A stretch of DNA of 64,000 nucleotides, counting the filler, from Rhabdomonas costata (lineage: Eukaryota): NCBI GenBank assembly GCA_019059605.1. It is 47 parts of 47 records of this genome, joined end to end, with 100 filler letters (N's around TTAATTAATTAA, not from the genome) between each part and the next. Parts side by side here need not be neighbours in the genome. Positions count along the whole stretch, not along the records: positions 50,484 to 51,742 come from JAHMHO010021412.1; positions 51,843 to 53,107 come from JAHMHO010021413.1; positions 53,208 to 54,471 come from JAHMHO010021414.1; positions 54,572 to 55,835 come from JAHMHO010021415.1; positions 55,936 to 57,199 come from JAHMHO010021416.1; positions 57,300 to 58,562 come from JAHMHO010021417.1; positions 58,663 to 59,924 come from JAHMHO010021418.1; positions 60,025 to 61,289 come from JAHMHO010021419.1; 39 more parts are not named here. One strand, 5' to 3'. Both the position numbers and the translations under genes were made by a program. Shown here piece by piece: positions 51,124 to 63,233 of this stretch. Position 1 is the first letter of the stretch. Every line of letters starts with the position of its first letter. The notes below the pieces were generated by a model, which saw only the letters and a program-made list of their open reading frames with translations, had not been told where the DNA came from and ran no database searches.

Positions 51124-51445
51124 CTCCGTAAATGTACAGCTCCGTTACAGGGGAAGCCCCATAAAGGGAGGCCGTACCCCCAGTGATAAAAATGCGGGAC
51201 CCATTCACAACGGCCCCAAAGAAAGTTAGTGGACCGGGCAGAAGGCTTCCTACCGCCCACTGGACCCCGCTCTCCGAGACCAAGACTTCGCTCACCGCAT
51301 CTGCCTGTGGGGAAGCAGTGGCACCGCCGAGAAGCCACATCTGCTCCCCATAGGTAACCAGTACGGCGCCCCAGCGGCCCCGATAGGTGTTCGAGGTAAA
51401 ATCCTGTATCCTGGACCATGAGATCCCATCACCGGTGCTCCACAC
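51124..51445 (-). CDS. Kelch-type beta-propeller exon
   Basis: VWSTGDGISW...RWGAVLVTYGEQMWLLGG...SESGVQW...FFGAVVNGSRIFITGG; CAG acceptor and G|GT donor. Confidence 0.8.
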
Positions 51446-51504
51446 CTGAGAGGATCCGAGGCAGACAGCGGAAAGAAAGCCTCAGTGCTCTAAATGTTTG
51501 GGGG

Positions 51505-51736
51505 GGGGTAACGGTTCCCAGTATTGTAAAGGACAGCCGCACCCGGTCGTGCCGTGCCGTGCCGTGCCAGGCAAAAACCATCATTAATCATCATCAACGG
51601 AGCACTGGCAAAATTATCCTAACCCCCCTTACGCAAAAATGAAGTTATCTTACGAATGCTGGCATGCTTTGCCTAATCCTCATCAAAATTAATTTCGCAA
51701 AAGCTTTGGGAAAAATTTCTTTTGCCACTGCTAACC
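51505..51736. mobile_element. Family A MITE-like copy, inverted relative to 50772-51073
   Basis: Starts GGGGTAACGGTT (exact reverse complement of 714-725); 51599-51736 reverse-complements to the shared internal block; ends CCACTGCTAACC. Confidence 0.55.
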
Positions 51737-51842
51737 AACACCNNNNNNNNNNNNNNNNNNNNNNNNNNNNNNNNNNNNNNNNNNNNTTAATTAATTAANN
51801 NNNNNNNNNNNNNNNNNNNNNNNNNNNNNNNNNNNNNNNNNN

Positions 51843-53107
51843 TTGTGTGTGGGATTTATGAAAGTGGTGGAATTCTGGAATTTGGGTGGAGGATTTTTCA
51901 CCAGGGGGGTCATTTTTTTCCGTGGAGTGTGATTTTTTGATGGGGTGCAGGAAATCTGGACCCCCTGTTTTCATTTTTAGCTAAGGTGTATGGTTTTTGG
52001 TTTTCATGTTTCGGGTTTTGGATTTTGGTCTTCGGTTTTCGTCTCCCTGGTTCCGGTTTCTGGCATCCTGTGTCTCGGCCTTTGTATGCATTGGGGTCGT
52101 CCTGGTTTCTGCGTGGGTGCGTAGGTGCGTGGGTGTGGGGTCGCGTGCAGGGTGAATTTCGGTCTTTGGTGTCAGGGTCGGGTTTGGGTATGGGTTCTTG
52201 CGTGCTGGCCTTAGTTTCGTGTACGTGCGCGTCGTCTTCTTCTTGTATTCTTGGGTTTTGGATTCTGGGTTCTGAGTTGGGTTGAACTTCAGGGTGACCA
52301 ATCCATACTACTCAGGACACTGGGAACGATCGTCGATATGTTGTGAAGCACGGAAGTAGCGAGTGGAGCAATGTTGGCCTTCCAACGATGGATATCCCGA
52401 GGGACAGCCGAGACAGAAACGAAGGCAGAGACCCTGACCCAGAACTCCTGACACGAAACGCACCCTCCATCCTGACACCGTGATGTCGCACCAACCCTCC
52501 ACCATCCACCCTTCACCTTCCACCCACACGACCAGCACGCAACCCACCCTGCAGCTCTCCTGCTCACAAACTCCAGCTCACACCGTCACGTCACACAACC
52601 TACGCACCTTCACCTTCTCACGCTCCACGTCACCCTCACCGTCTCACCCTCCGTCACACCTTCGCTTCCTCCATCCTCCACGAAATCCACGCAAACACGA
52701 AACCGTCCACCCTCCCCAACACCCACACCATCGACCCTCCACACACCCCAACCACCGACGCAAGACAGACCCTCAGACCCAACGCACAGACCGTGACCCT
52801 CCGACACCGTGACCCTCAACGTGACCCTGACCCCAACATCGCAACGTGACCCCAACGTGACACCATCCATCATCCACACCCTCTGACCCACCGCTCCAAC
52901 CTTCCACGCAACCTCCAACCTTCCACGCAACCTCCAACCTCCATCCTACGCACAGAACCCGAGAAACGAAACGCACGACCCTCACGCAAACCATCACCAT
53001 GACCCTCACGTCCAACCTCACGACGCTCCACTCCACTCCACTCCACTACAACTCACCCACTCCACCTTCCCACCTTACCCTCAGACTCCGACTCAGAACC
53101 CACCACC
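51843..53107. repeat. Low-complexity contig: G/T-rich left part switching to C/A-rich right part, with a 19-bp tandem repeat near 52898-52940
   Basis: Base composition visible by eye; motif CCCAACGTGACACCA shared with the tract near 27970. Confidence 0.7.
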
Positions 53108-53416
53108 NNNNNNNNNNNNNNNNNNNNNNNNNNNNNNNNNNNNNNNNNNNNTTAATTAATTAANNNNNNNNNNNNNNNNNNNNNNNNNNNNNNNNNNNNN
53201 NNNNNNNCGCTGGGAACCATGCCGGTGAATTTGGCTTGCTTCCGACGAGCGTTGCCATCTGCTCAACATATTGCCGAACTTCTGATTTACGCCAGTCCCT
53301 TAGCGTCCTTATGTGGCAGGCTACACTCTCTCAACGGACCCCAGGCGCCCTTCGCAAGTCCATCCGCAGTGGTATTACTAAGAAGTTATGACAATGCGAC
53401 GCTGGCCGAGACTCAG

Positions 53417-53525
53417 GGCAAGCTCGAGCGATCGCGCGAATCTCACCATGGGGCTTCTTTACGCGCTCAGCGTCATGTTGGGACTCAAATTCCTCCCCAT
53501 TCCCATCTTTAGTACCCTGAAAAGG
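53417..53525 (+). CDS. Possible nucleotide-sugar transporter (SLC35D/GONST-like) exon
   Basis: GLLYALSVMLGLKFLPIPIFSTLKR resembles the L-x-x-L-x-h-P-h-F-x-x-L-K-R helix of this family; boundaries uncertain. Confidence 0.5.
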
Positions 53526-54571
53526 GCGGCGTGGCTTGGTGTTGTGGTGTGGCTTGAGGAGTACTTCAGAGCCTCTGGTTGTCAAATTATTGAAAAGTTC
53601 CAATTTAAGATGACGCCTGATTCAGCAAATGCGACCCCCTCCCCAGGACTCTGTAATGTGATGCCGTACTGTCAAAGGTGAGAGGAGTCAACAGCTCGCG
53701 CACACATCCTGAAAACCTTTTTGCAGACAAGGCAAGACCACTATTCAAAAACAACAAATACAGCGGTGCTTGAAAATCGCCCAATGAGAAAATTTTCATT
53801 TCTAACCCAAAACCTGCCTTTTGGTGGCACTTTTTCTTTCTCGGACACGTGTTGTATTTTGGAAAGCATATTGCGTGACTTCGCCCGTAAGCGTTGGAAA
53901 TAGTTTCAGCTGGTCGTTGTAAGTCAGTGCAAAAGTGAGAGTAACCCCTCCACCATCGCCTATCCGTACCCTGAGATTGCTGGCTGGCTGGCTGGCTGGC
54001 TTTATTGTGGATTGAAAGTTCCCGGGGTTGGGTTCTCTCCGCCGTTTGAAAACGATGCAAGTGATGTCGAGCTAATCGAACAGCCGAGGAGGGGATCCTG
54101 TTCCAAAACGAGAGCTTCTGAAGGGTGAGATGATGTGCATTTGGGTTTGACCAGCCCTGCTTGTGTCCATTTTCTATTTCCCAGCTGCTCTCTGTCTTTT
54201 TTTTAAGTCTATTTGCTTCGATAAGAGAATGCCCCAGGAGGGCTACGCCCGGGACCCTTATTCCTTTGCTGGTGTGAACGCATTTCCAAACACTCCCCAC
54301 GGTGTTTTATTGGGGGTCTTTCTATTCTTACTTTTGAACACAATAGCTCTCGCTTTGGGTCGTCGCACACCCGACCTTAACTTGAGCCCTTAACTTGAGG
54401 CTGTTTTGCCTCCCCTCTTTCGCGATTAATCCGCTGCGAGCATGATAGACTACTAACAACCGGGGACAACANNNNNNNNNNNNNNNNNNNNNNNNNNNNN
54501 NNNNNNNNNNNNNNNTTAATTAATTAANNNNNNNNNNNNNNNNNNNNNNNNNNNNNNNNNNNNNNNNNNNN

Positions 54572-55835
54572 TTGTTTTGGCGGAGCTGCACTATTGGAAG
54601 CTTCGCTTGACTCAACTGAGCGGGCTGGCCGACCAGCTCAAAGCACGGCAGTGCAAAACCGTCTTGCAGGTTTTGAATGCAGCAAAGGATCCGCTTTTGG
54701 TGCGGTTCCGGGAAATGGATGGCCGGGTCACTGACGTCCTAAACGAGGTAAAGGACAACGTGAAGTATTTATCTACCCTGGAGAAATTTGTTGAGCCAAT
54801 GTACGCCGCGGATCCGTGCCGAATGATTGCTGCCATTCCTGGGCTGATAAGTGCCATTCGGATAATGCACAGCATTGCCAGGCATTACAACACGGAAAAG
54901 ATGACGTCGCTTTTCACACGGATCACAAATCAGTTGATTGTGTGTTGCAGAAGCTACATCGAATCTGAAGGATCCATTTGGGAGCAAGACACTGGAGCTG
55001 TCATCACCAAGCTTGGGACCTGCATCAACCTGAATCAGGTGTACCAGAGCGAGTATCGACGCACCAAAACCGACTTGTCCTCCAACTTATTTGGGAAACA
55101 GTTCGACTTCAGTGAAGTTGCCATCTTCAGTCGATTTGACGTTTTTTGCGCGAGAGCCGAGAAGTTAATTGCCGTGCTTGAGACGACAATGCAATTTGCT
55201 ACTCTGGCCAAGTCTCCGATAGAGGGCATCGGACCGATCTGCACAAAGTTTGAGAACGTTTTCACCACTTTTCGTCGAAGAAACAATGCGGACGTTCTGG
55301 ATACTCGCAAAATTGCTTTTGATGCCGTGTACCACGAGTTTAGCAACGGCGTCGCGGACCTGTCTGTGGAGCTAGTGGTGTTTATCAACAATTGCTTTCT
55401 GACGGTTACGCAAACCACCAAGGCATTGGAGCTGCTCGCGCAGTTTCGGGCGGTGCTCAGCAAGGAACACGAATCTCTGCTCGAGGAAAAGCACCTCGCC
55501 ATTTTTCACAATTATGGCCGTGATTTAGAAATGCTTCGGTCCGTGTACGAGAAGAGCAAGGAGCGGCCCCCGATTCAGCGCAATATGCCTCCTGTTGCCT
55601 CTGCGATAGCATGGGCCAGGCAGTTGCTACGACAGATTGAGCAGCCCATGTTAAAGTTCCAGGAAACGCCCTCAATCTTGAAGTCCAAGGATGCGAAGAG
55701 GATAATTCGAAGTTACAACCAGCTTGCCAAGACGCTGCTGATGTTTGAGGCACGATGGTACGCAAAGTGGTGTGAGGGGATTAAAGCTGCCAAAGCAGGT
55801 CTCGGAGCTACGCTGCTAGTTGAGGACACGAATTC
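54572..55835 (+). CDS. Axonemal dynein heavy chain, N-terminal tail (DHC_N1), outer-arm gamma / DNAH5-8-like; truncated at both ends
   Basis: ELHYWK, NEVKDNVKYLSTLEKF, SIARHYNTEKMTSLFTRITNQLI, FDFSEVAIFSRFDVF, RNMPPVASAIAWARQL; contig-long open frame. Confidence 0.95.
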
Positions 55836-57046
55836 NNNNNNNNNNNNNNNNNNNNNNNNNNNNNNNNNNNNNNNNNNNNTTAATTAATTAANNNNNNNNN
55901 NNNNNNNNNNNNNNNNNNNNNNNNNNNNNNNNNNNTGTTTTTTTTGAAGGTCCAGGATTCTTGGGGGATTTGCAATGAAGAAGGTGGACTGGACTCTTTC
56001 CGGTCAATTTCTGACAATCTCCCCCTCCGGCCGGACAAACATCAAGTTTTGCCATGAACTGTCTGGATTCCGTCCCCTGTACCCGTGGGATTCAACCCCA
56101 GCTTCCGCGGGAAGAGGTGAACAGAAGTCTTTCCCCCAGGCCGCCGTGCCAGCTTGCGGACCCACAACGTTGGACTGTGGGTGATCGCCTTGCCCATGTG
56201 GCTCGATTTTGGATGAAGGAATCATGCTCGACGATTCTCACCTTATCCGGCGGACCAAGCTATTCAAACAGGAAACCCTTCGGGTCCAACCTGAATGCAT
56301 AGCACTGCATGTAACCTTTGTGGGTCAAGTGTCATGCGCGAGCGAATGAGTGGACTGAAACCAACACTCAGGTGGCTCACATTGAGTCAAATAGCGAGGG
56401 CGCAAGATTTGGGAAAGACGACAATGGATGTAATCCGTATTCTCGGAAAAGCCCACCTGGGGCGAAATCAAGAACTGATACTGAAGAACTGATGCTGGGC
56501 ATTGGTACCGGAGAGAGAGTATGCCGTCACACATAAGGTGTTGGGTCGCTTAATAACCCCCTGATCAGCAAAAATGAGCTTACAAGCTAACCGTTTGCTC
56601 CCTTGCTCGATGCCGAAATGAAGTGCAGTGGACGCATCTGCGCTGAGATCCTCCCACCAAATTCTCTTTGCTATTTAAGACTGGCAGGTGAGAGAGAGAG
56701 AGAGAGGACAATATGTGCCCTCACTATCACTATCACCACCACTCTGCCCTCTCTCAAAGGGAACCCCTGAAGCCTGCTCTGCGTCGGGTGCTGCTACGCA
56801 CGTCTCCGGACGACGACAGCACTGGCGGCAGCAGCAGCAAAGCCGCCGTAGAGCAGCTGGTGCGGAAGTTGATGGTCCCTGTGGTTGTCATGGGCCCGGG
56901 GATCTTCGGCACGGAGCGCCCTGTCACTGCGCCAGTTCAGGTGCCACCTCATTCACTTCAGCTTCAGGTCCCTCGTCGCTCACCCTCGCCAAAAAAAAAG
57001 AAAGAAAGGAAATAAACTCTCGAAAAAACACGAGGAAGGTTTTCAC

Positions 57047-57192
57047 GTTCAATGCTTTGCAACGGCTTTTCAGCCCCTCCAGAATGTCTGCATAACAGTT
57101 CGAGTGCGAAGTTGAAGCACGTGCAAGTGTCCGCCTCTACTTGTGTCGCAGACATTCTGGAGGGGCTGAAAAGCCGTTGCAAAGCATTGAAC
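57047..57192. repeat. Perfect 45-bp inverted repeat at contig end (likely fold-back)
   Basis: 57047-57091 is the reverse complement of 57148-57192. Confidence 0.95.
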
Positions 57193-57299
57193 AACAAAAN
57201 NNNNNNNNNNNNNNNNNNNNNNNNNNNNNNNNNNNNNNNNNNNTTAATTAATTAANNNNNNNNNNNNNNNNNNNNNNNNNNNNNNNNNNNNNNNNNNNN

Positions 57300-58562
57300 T
57301 GTGGGTTGTGCGCCTTCGCGCCGCCAAGGTCGTGTCCATTCCCCGCCATACGAGGCTGTTAGGGTACCCTGGCCGCGCCCGCGAGCGAAGCCGCACAACC
57401 CGCGCCACGCCCATGCATAGCAGCTGCAACCCCTGCCGCACTTGCGTCACGGCCTGCACCGGGTCCTCTATTAGCACAAAGTCCTTTTCCAGGAATAGCA
57501 CGTAGGGCGTGGGGCTGCGCTGCACAAGCGCGTCCAGGACGACCCCAGCGGTGAGAGGGCGGGAAGCCGGTCGGGCCTTGACGGCCGTTCCAGGAAACAC
57601 GGTGAAGTTGTAGGAGTGGAGAATCTGCAGGATCTGTGAAGATTTTCGACCACCCAGGGGAACGAGAGCCAGAGCAAAGACGATCTCTGGTTTGGCATCA
57701 TCAATGATTTTTCATATTGATGGGTGGCTGTGTCTGCATGTGTTTCTTTTTTGAGCAGAAGGGGGGGGGGGCATGTTTTGGAACGGCATGGCCAGCGGCT
57801 TGGAGGGGTTCATCCGGGTGCACCGCTATTTTTTTTGGAGCCGGACTGACAACCACGCCGCCACACGGCCAGGGCTTGCTGTGCGCGAAAGCACCATAGG
57901 AAAAAATCCTGCCGGGACATGACCTTCTGCTGACAAACATGAACATACGCAAACGGCAGCGAATCAGAACAGGAGTTGGTAACGCCCGCCAGTGGTGCAA
58001 AGAACGGGCTAGGGTATTCGGCAGTGAGGGACCGGGAGGAAGGACCAAAGCCACAATGAAACAATGCCACGCAATCCACAAATAGGCAGCACATTTGCCA
58101 TTGAATGATACATGTCGTGTTCGGTGTGGCGAAGGTATGAAAACAAAACCTTCTCGAAGCGCCTCCTTCATACATACACGATTCGCCCATCTTAATTCTC
58201 TCCCACGGCATAGTCAACCGCCGCTCCTCCGCATTCCACCGATTGCCTAGCAGAACACCAACCAGGACAAAAGAGAGCGAAGCCCACCTTCTTGCCAGGC
58301 CCAGGTAGCATCAGGGCCAACTTGTGCTGCACCAGTGCCAGCAAGCCCGCGGCGGCCCAGCTAAGCAGGGCAGGCTGCAAAGCGGGGAAGTCCTTTGGCC
58401 CCGAGGCCACCGCAAGGGTGATCGGAAAGGGAGCAGCCTCGCGCAGGAACCTGCACTGTCTTTCCGGAATGGCAGAAGGCGGGGCCATCTGCACGGCAAC
58501 CGCAGTCGGGATGCCCCCTTGCCCTGGAGATGCAATGCACTCTCCAAAGGCCAACCACAACC
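57300..58562 (-). CDS. GT-A fold glycosyltransferase-like protein, exons about 58562-58288 and 57624-57300
   Basis: ITLAVAS...LQPALLSWAAAGLL, then YVLFLEKDFVLIE (DxD-equivalent EKD) and VVRLRSRARPG; AAG|GT donor and CAG acceptor. Confidence 0.6.
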
Positions 58563-58668
58563 NNNNNNNNNNNNNNNNNNNNNNNNNNNNNNNNNNNNNN
58601 NNNNNNTTAATTAATTAANNNNNNNNNNNNNNNNNNNNNNNNNNNNNNNNNNNNNNNNNNNNGGTGGT

Positions 58669-58764
58669 GTGGGGGACGTACCACGGCTGTCAAATTTGGG
58701 ATGCCCGAAAGACTATCTTGCCTTTCGGGCATCCCAAATTTGACAGCCGTGGTACGTCCCCCAC
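58669..58764. repeat. Perfect 43-bp inverted repeat with 10-nt loop at contig start (likely fold-back)
   Basis: 58669-58711 is the reverse complement of 58722-58764. Confidence 0.95.
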
Positions 58765-60894
58765 TCCTCCCTGGTGATAGTGAGGTCAAAAAGACCATAG
58801 TGTATGCTATCATCTTTTGAAAGACGACAGTGACAAGAAAAAGTCAGTAGTGTTTACGATCAAAGTATTCTGCACACCATCTTTTCCCGTTGCTATGGTA
58901 TGGTATGGTATTTTGGATTCGCGTTTAGAGTTTTCAACCCAGCAAGTTGAGTTTCGAAAATTACACCTCGCTTCGGCTTCACTTTTTTGCCTAGTATTAA
59001 TGCGGATATCACTGCATGGGATTGAATTGTTTACAGTGCGTGGCCGAGATTTTTGCGTGGGTGCAGTCAGGGTGTAACAATAAGCGGATTCATTACAACC
59101 GTGCTTGTAAGGGAGGGAAAAAATGTCTTTTCGTTGCTCCGCTTGACGCTTTTATTTTTAATTTTTTTTCCCGAAAACTTCCTTTTCGCCGGAGAGCGAG
59201 AGAGATTCAACCACAGGCACAAATTTGTAACCCGCAGATCAAAGTCAGCGGAAAGTCGCAGGGTTCCATTATGCACATTTGGTGAGGGAGATTTACGTTA
59301 CGTGTGCGTTTGGTGGTGCCGAGCCGCTTGTTATCCCGGAGGGGTATTCTAGCAGGATCCTCTTCGCATACCCACAAGAGCCTCTGTAGCGAGAAAATAT
59401 CGGTGATTTTAGGCAGCCCAGGTAGAGTCCTCAGGGGCACCGGCCACCACCTCAGAAGGTTGACCGCGTGCCACCAAACCGGCATGGGCGAGTGTACATT
59501 GAGGTGTTCCACAATTTTTCACTTGGAAACTCTCAAGTCAACCGCCGCCACTAAAACCCTTCCCGAATTACTGACTCAATTCGATTTTGCAAATCGATCA
59601 AGGGAAAATTTTTGGACATAGCTTCTCAATCTTTGAAGCATATAGAATCCAAAGATCCTTCCTCCCATTTGACGCAAGTGGCGAAGAATCCCGAAAGACG
59701 GTTCATGGCACCATTTTCGTCGAACAACTTTCCTTCATCCACGTAACAGTAAAATCGAACTTGTTAGCTACACGGAGAGGGGCGACCGCATTCAAATGGA
59801 AGCGGCCGCCTATCAAGGACAGGTAAGCCAGACAAAGCGTCAGATCTTTTTCTTGGATTTTGCCGTCTGAGGGTGCCGAGAATGTTGGCGATGGACGGTG
59901 GCACTGTGCTCGGTACCCAAAAAANNNNNNNNNNNNNNNNNNNNNNNNNNNNNNNNNNNNNNNNNNNNTTAATTAATTAANNNNNNNNNNNNNNNNNNNN
60001 NNNNNNNNNNNNNNNNNNNNNNNNGGGTGGGGTGGTGGCAGGGGTAAAAGGAAGTGCGAGTGGTGGTATTACATCTATCCGTTATGTGTCTGAAGGTCTA
60101 ACTAGTTGCTTTCTCTTCTTCAGATATTTTCTCGTTTATTGAATCTCGCCTGTATTCGCCTCCCTCTTTCAGCCTGGTGGTTTCTGTATATTAGCCTGGA
60201 AGCTTCTCCGACGTCAAAAGCGTGGAGGAGCACCAAATAAGGTTTACTTTCATTCTGGCCTATGATGACTAGCTGTGAATTGCACCAACTTTGGCATGGG
60301 TCTCAAGTCAGTGGAATTTTGGCGTGCGCATTGGAAGAAGTAGTTTCGAGCATTCGCACTTCCAAGCTCCGATTTCTCACGTTGAGGTAGATCCACGTTT
60401 GCCAGGTGTAGGTTTTCCCACGTTACTACCAATGCGTTGCCTTCCTCAGCTTTAAAACAGCAGCACCCCCTCCCTCAATTGTCAGCAAATTTAATCACCA
60501 TTATACCTCATGCGAAATTCATCGTTCAATGCGTCAGGTGTGAGCTTGATATGACACTGGCATTCTTGTGCATCGGTTTGCACGCGTCCGAAGTCCTTCT
60601 CTTTCCCTCAGAATTTCAAGCTAGTTCCGTTATTTTGTTCCTGTGTCATGGTGTTGCTGTGGAACTGAAAGCTCAACAATGGTGCGTCTACTTTCCTCTT
60701 CATTCTGGATCGGTCAGGAAGTGTGTTTCTCTCCATTTAACACATTTAACATTTACAAGGTAAAAAACTATTCTGTGCTTTGAAGTCAATTTTTTTGTGT
60801 CATCCGAGCAATGTTACTTAAGATATAAATCGCTGCCGACACACCGGCGTGCAGGTGGGCGGACGGTGCGCCAGCCTACAGTTCTTTCTCGTAT

Positions 60895-61285
60895 CAGTAC
60901 GCAGGCCTGCAAAGGGCCAAAAAGCGCCCTTGGAAGCCTGTGTAAAGGCAAAAAAGGGGGGCTCAAAAATACCCAAAAACGGCCCTGAAATGGCCTCTAG
61001 CGTGTCTCTAAACCGAAGCATTCCGGCCCACTCCGGTGCCAGCATGAAGTACTCCTGGGCTCTACCTTTAGGCCTTAGGGATGCTAAGCAGGCCCGGCCG
61101 AAAGCTTAGGCTCAGCATGCAGACCTGCAAGGGGCCAAAAAGTGCACCCCCGGCCCTTGAAATTCTTTCCAAGTCGAAAATGCCCTTAAAAGTTCCAAAA
61201 TGGGACCTTGATGGGGCCATATCTCGGCGTAGAGAAGGACCCGGAGTCCGGGAAGCGGCCAACCAATTCATCTCAGGAGTACTAT
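60895..61285. repeat. Dispersed repeat family B, copy 2, with an internal partial duplication
   Basis: Collinear with 16868-17183; block CAGYAYGCAGRCCTGCAARGGGCCAAAAAG occurs at about 60895 and 61114. Confidence 0.92.
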
Positions 61286-61391
61286 CAAANNNNNNNNNNN
61301 NNNNNNNNNNNNNNNNNNNNNNNNNNNNNNNNNTTAATTAATTAANNNNNNNNNNNNNNNNNNNNNNNNNNNNNNNNNNNNNNNNNNNNGG

Positions 61392-62654
61392 TCAAACTTT
61401 AACGGTCAAATTCCTTTTACATTTAAAACACCAACGAATAAATGGTGCAAGCCTAGAGAATGCTTTTTAGCTGTAAAACTTCGAATTGATCAAGTAGATG
61501 CTTCAGGTGTTCATAGTCCTCTTCAAGCTGTTTCTGGTGCTGGAACACCCTACATTTCCAAAAATCCCGTCTCTCTGCTCTTCTCCACTGGGAAAGTCTT
61601 AGTCAATGATAAGATGATATCCAATATGAACGAATTGCCTGCCACGAATACATTATTTCGTACAATTTATGATACAAAGAGCATGCAAGAAACGATAGAA
61701 TCAACTAATCCAATTTTGCCACAATCTCTGACTGACACTGTTAGCAATACAGCACGTCTTGCTTATGCTAATAAATGTCAGCTTCTATTAAATACGTTTC
61801 AAGAGCAGACTTTAACTTGGTCTTTACCATTTCCACTCTTTCAATCTAATGAATGGATTCCGCCACATACTAAAGTAGAAATTGATTTTAATGTAAACAC
61901 GAATTGGATAAATGAGATCTTATCTGTAGTTGGGACGTTTCCAGCTGGTGGTGTAGTTCCTTTATCATCAACTGGTACAAATTCCACTGTATCGAGCGTC
62001 GGAATAGGTGTGGACGATATCAGTCTTTGGCTTTATTATGTTACAGATGTAACACCTGTAAATATGGTTCATGAAATTCATCTTAAACAGTACTTTTCTC
62101 AAGTACATACGATTACATCTAATAATGAAGCATTCACATTGACACTTCCAAATGGAGGACGTAACATTACTCATATTTTAGCTTGCTTCTTACAAACTGG
62201 TAGGTCTGGAACTGTAAAAAAATCATCTAATGATTTTAGCTCTGGTTTTACAAATGCTGCAACAGAGGCTAAAATTACAACTGATGCTACAACTAAGCTT
62301 CAAATGATTAGATTCCAACTTGATAAAACATACCCAAATCCTGATTATAACTTATGTTTTGATTCATCTAAAAAAGATTCTATAGACGTGGGTAGAGCAT
62401 TCTACGATTTCATTAATAATGCTGATGCTAAATTTGATCGTAGTGGGAATGTTGTATCTATTCAACAATGGATTAATGAACCTATTTTCTGTTTTAAGGT
62501 AAATTCTGATGCTACTACTTATCACGAATCACTTCAAGTATATATTACGTTAGATTCTGGTTACACACCTGCTACGACTTCTTCTCAACTTTTGGTAGTA
62601 GCATTGTATGATGAAACATTGCGGCTACATTTCGATACAACATTCCCACAAACC
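61392..62654 (+). CDS. Putative double-jelly-roll major capsid protein of a Polinton/Maverick or Polinton-like virus (nearly complete, both ends cut)
   Basis: Frame open from 61392: NFNGQIPFTF...WCKPRECFLAVKLRI; NPVSLLFSTGKVLVNDKMIS; PLFQSNEWIPPHTKVEIDF; VDDISLWL; YPNPDYNLCF; RAFYDF; VSIQQWINEPIFCFKV; LLVVALYDETLRL. Motif order fits Polinton-type capsids; intronless and AT-richer than host contigs. Confidence 0.75.
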
Positions 62655-63233
62655 NNNNNNNNNNNNNNNNNNNNNNNNNNNNNNNNNNNNNNNNNNNNTT
62701 AATTAATTAANNNNNNNNNNNNNNNNNNNNNNNNNNNNNNNNNNNNNNNNNNNNGGGGGGGTGGTGCATACATGTGTACGCGCACTGTACCTTTGCGCTT
62801 TCCCAACCCCCAGGAACTTGTTCTCCCATTTTGTCCGAGAGTCTCGTTCCGCGAGTGTCTCTCTTTTTCTCTGACACAATGGACATAGACCTGTGGGGTG
62901 TGGCTGCCACTGCGTTTCCATTCCTTGTCACTTGGTCCATCGCCTTCCTTCCCTGCTTGTTAGTCAAACAACAGGTCAAAGAGACTTCAGTTCAAAAAGT
63001 TATGGACTAGGTTTTTGATTTGGTGATGCCACAGACTCCCCGCTCAGGAACTGTGGTCTAATTGCATTATTCATGTTTCCAGAACGTAAAGACAAGGAAA
63101 TGCGTATTCGCTTAAATGTTCGCGCCCATGAGGACCGTGCAAATGTTCCCCCAAGATCAAAAGCACTTCCAAGCACTTCTCGTCGATCAGCACACCACCC
63201 CTTGCACCCTCTCCCCCAAAAAGCTCAGAGGAC

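Noticed and set aside
55975-56536. Possible LINE remnant
   Set aside because: No YxDD or other diagnostic motif; multiple stops
57047-57192. 45-bp inverted repeat as MITE TIRs
   Set aside because: Ends at the contig terminus with no mismatch and no second copy; a fold-back artefact is more likely
58669-58764. 43-bp hairpin as a structured RNA
   Set aside because: Same terminal fold-back signature
1266-62754. Regularly spaced TTAATTAATTAA palindrome resembling a repeat array
   Set aside because: Embedded in N runs at fixed geometry; an artificial six-frame stop linker, not CRISPR or a biological repeat
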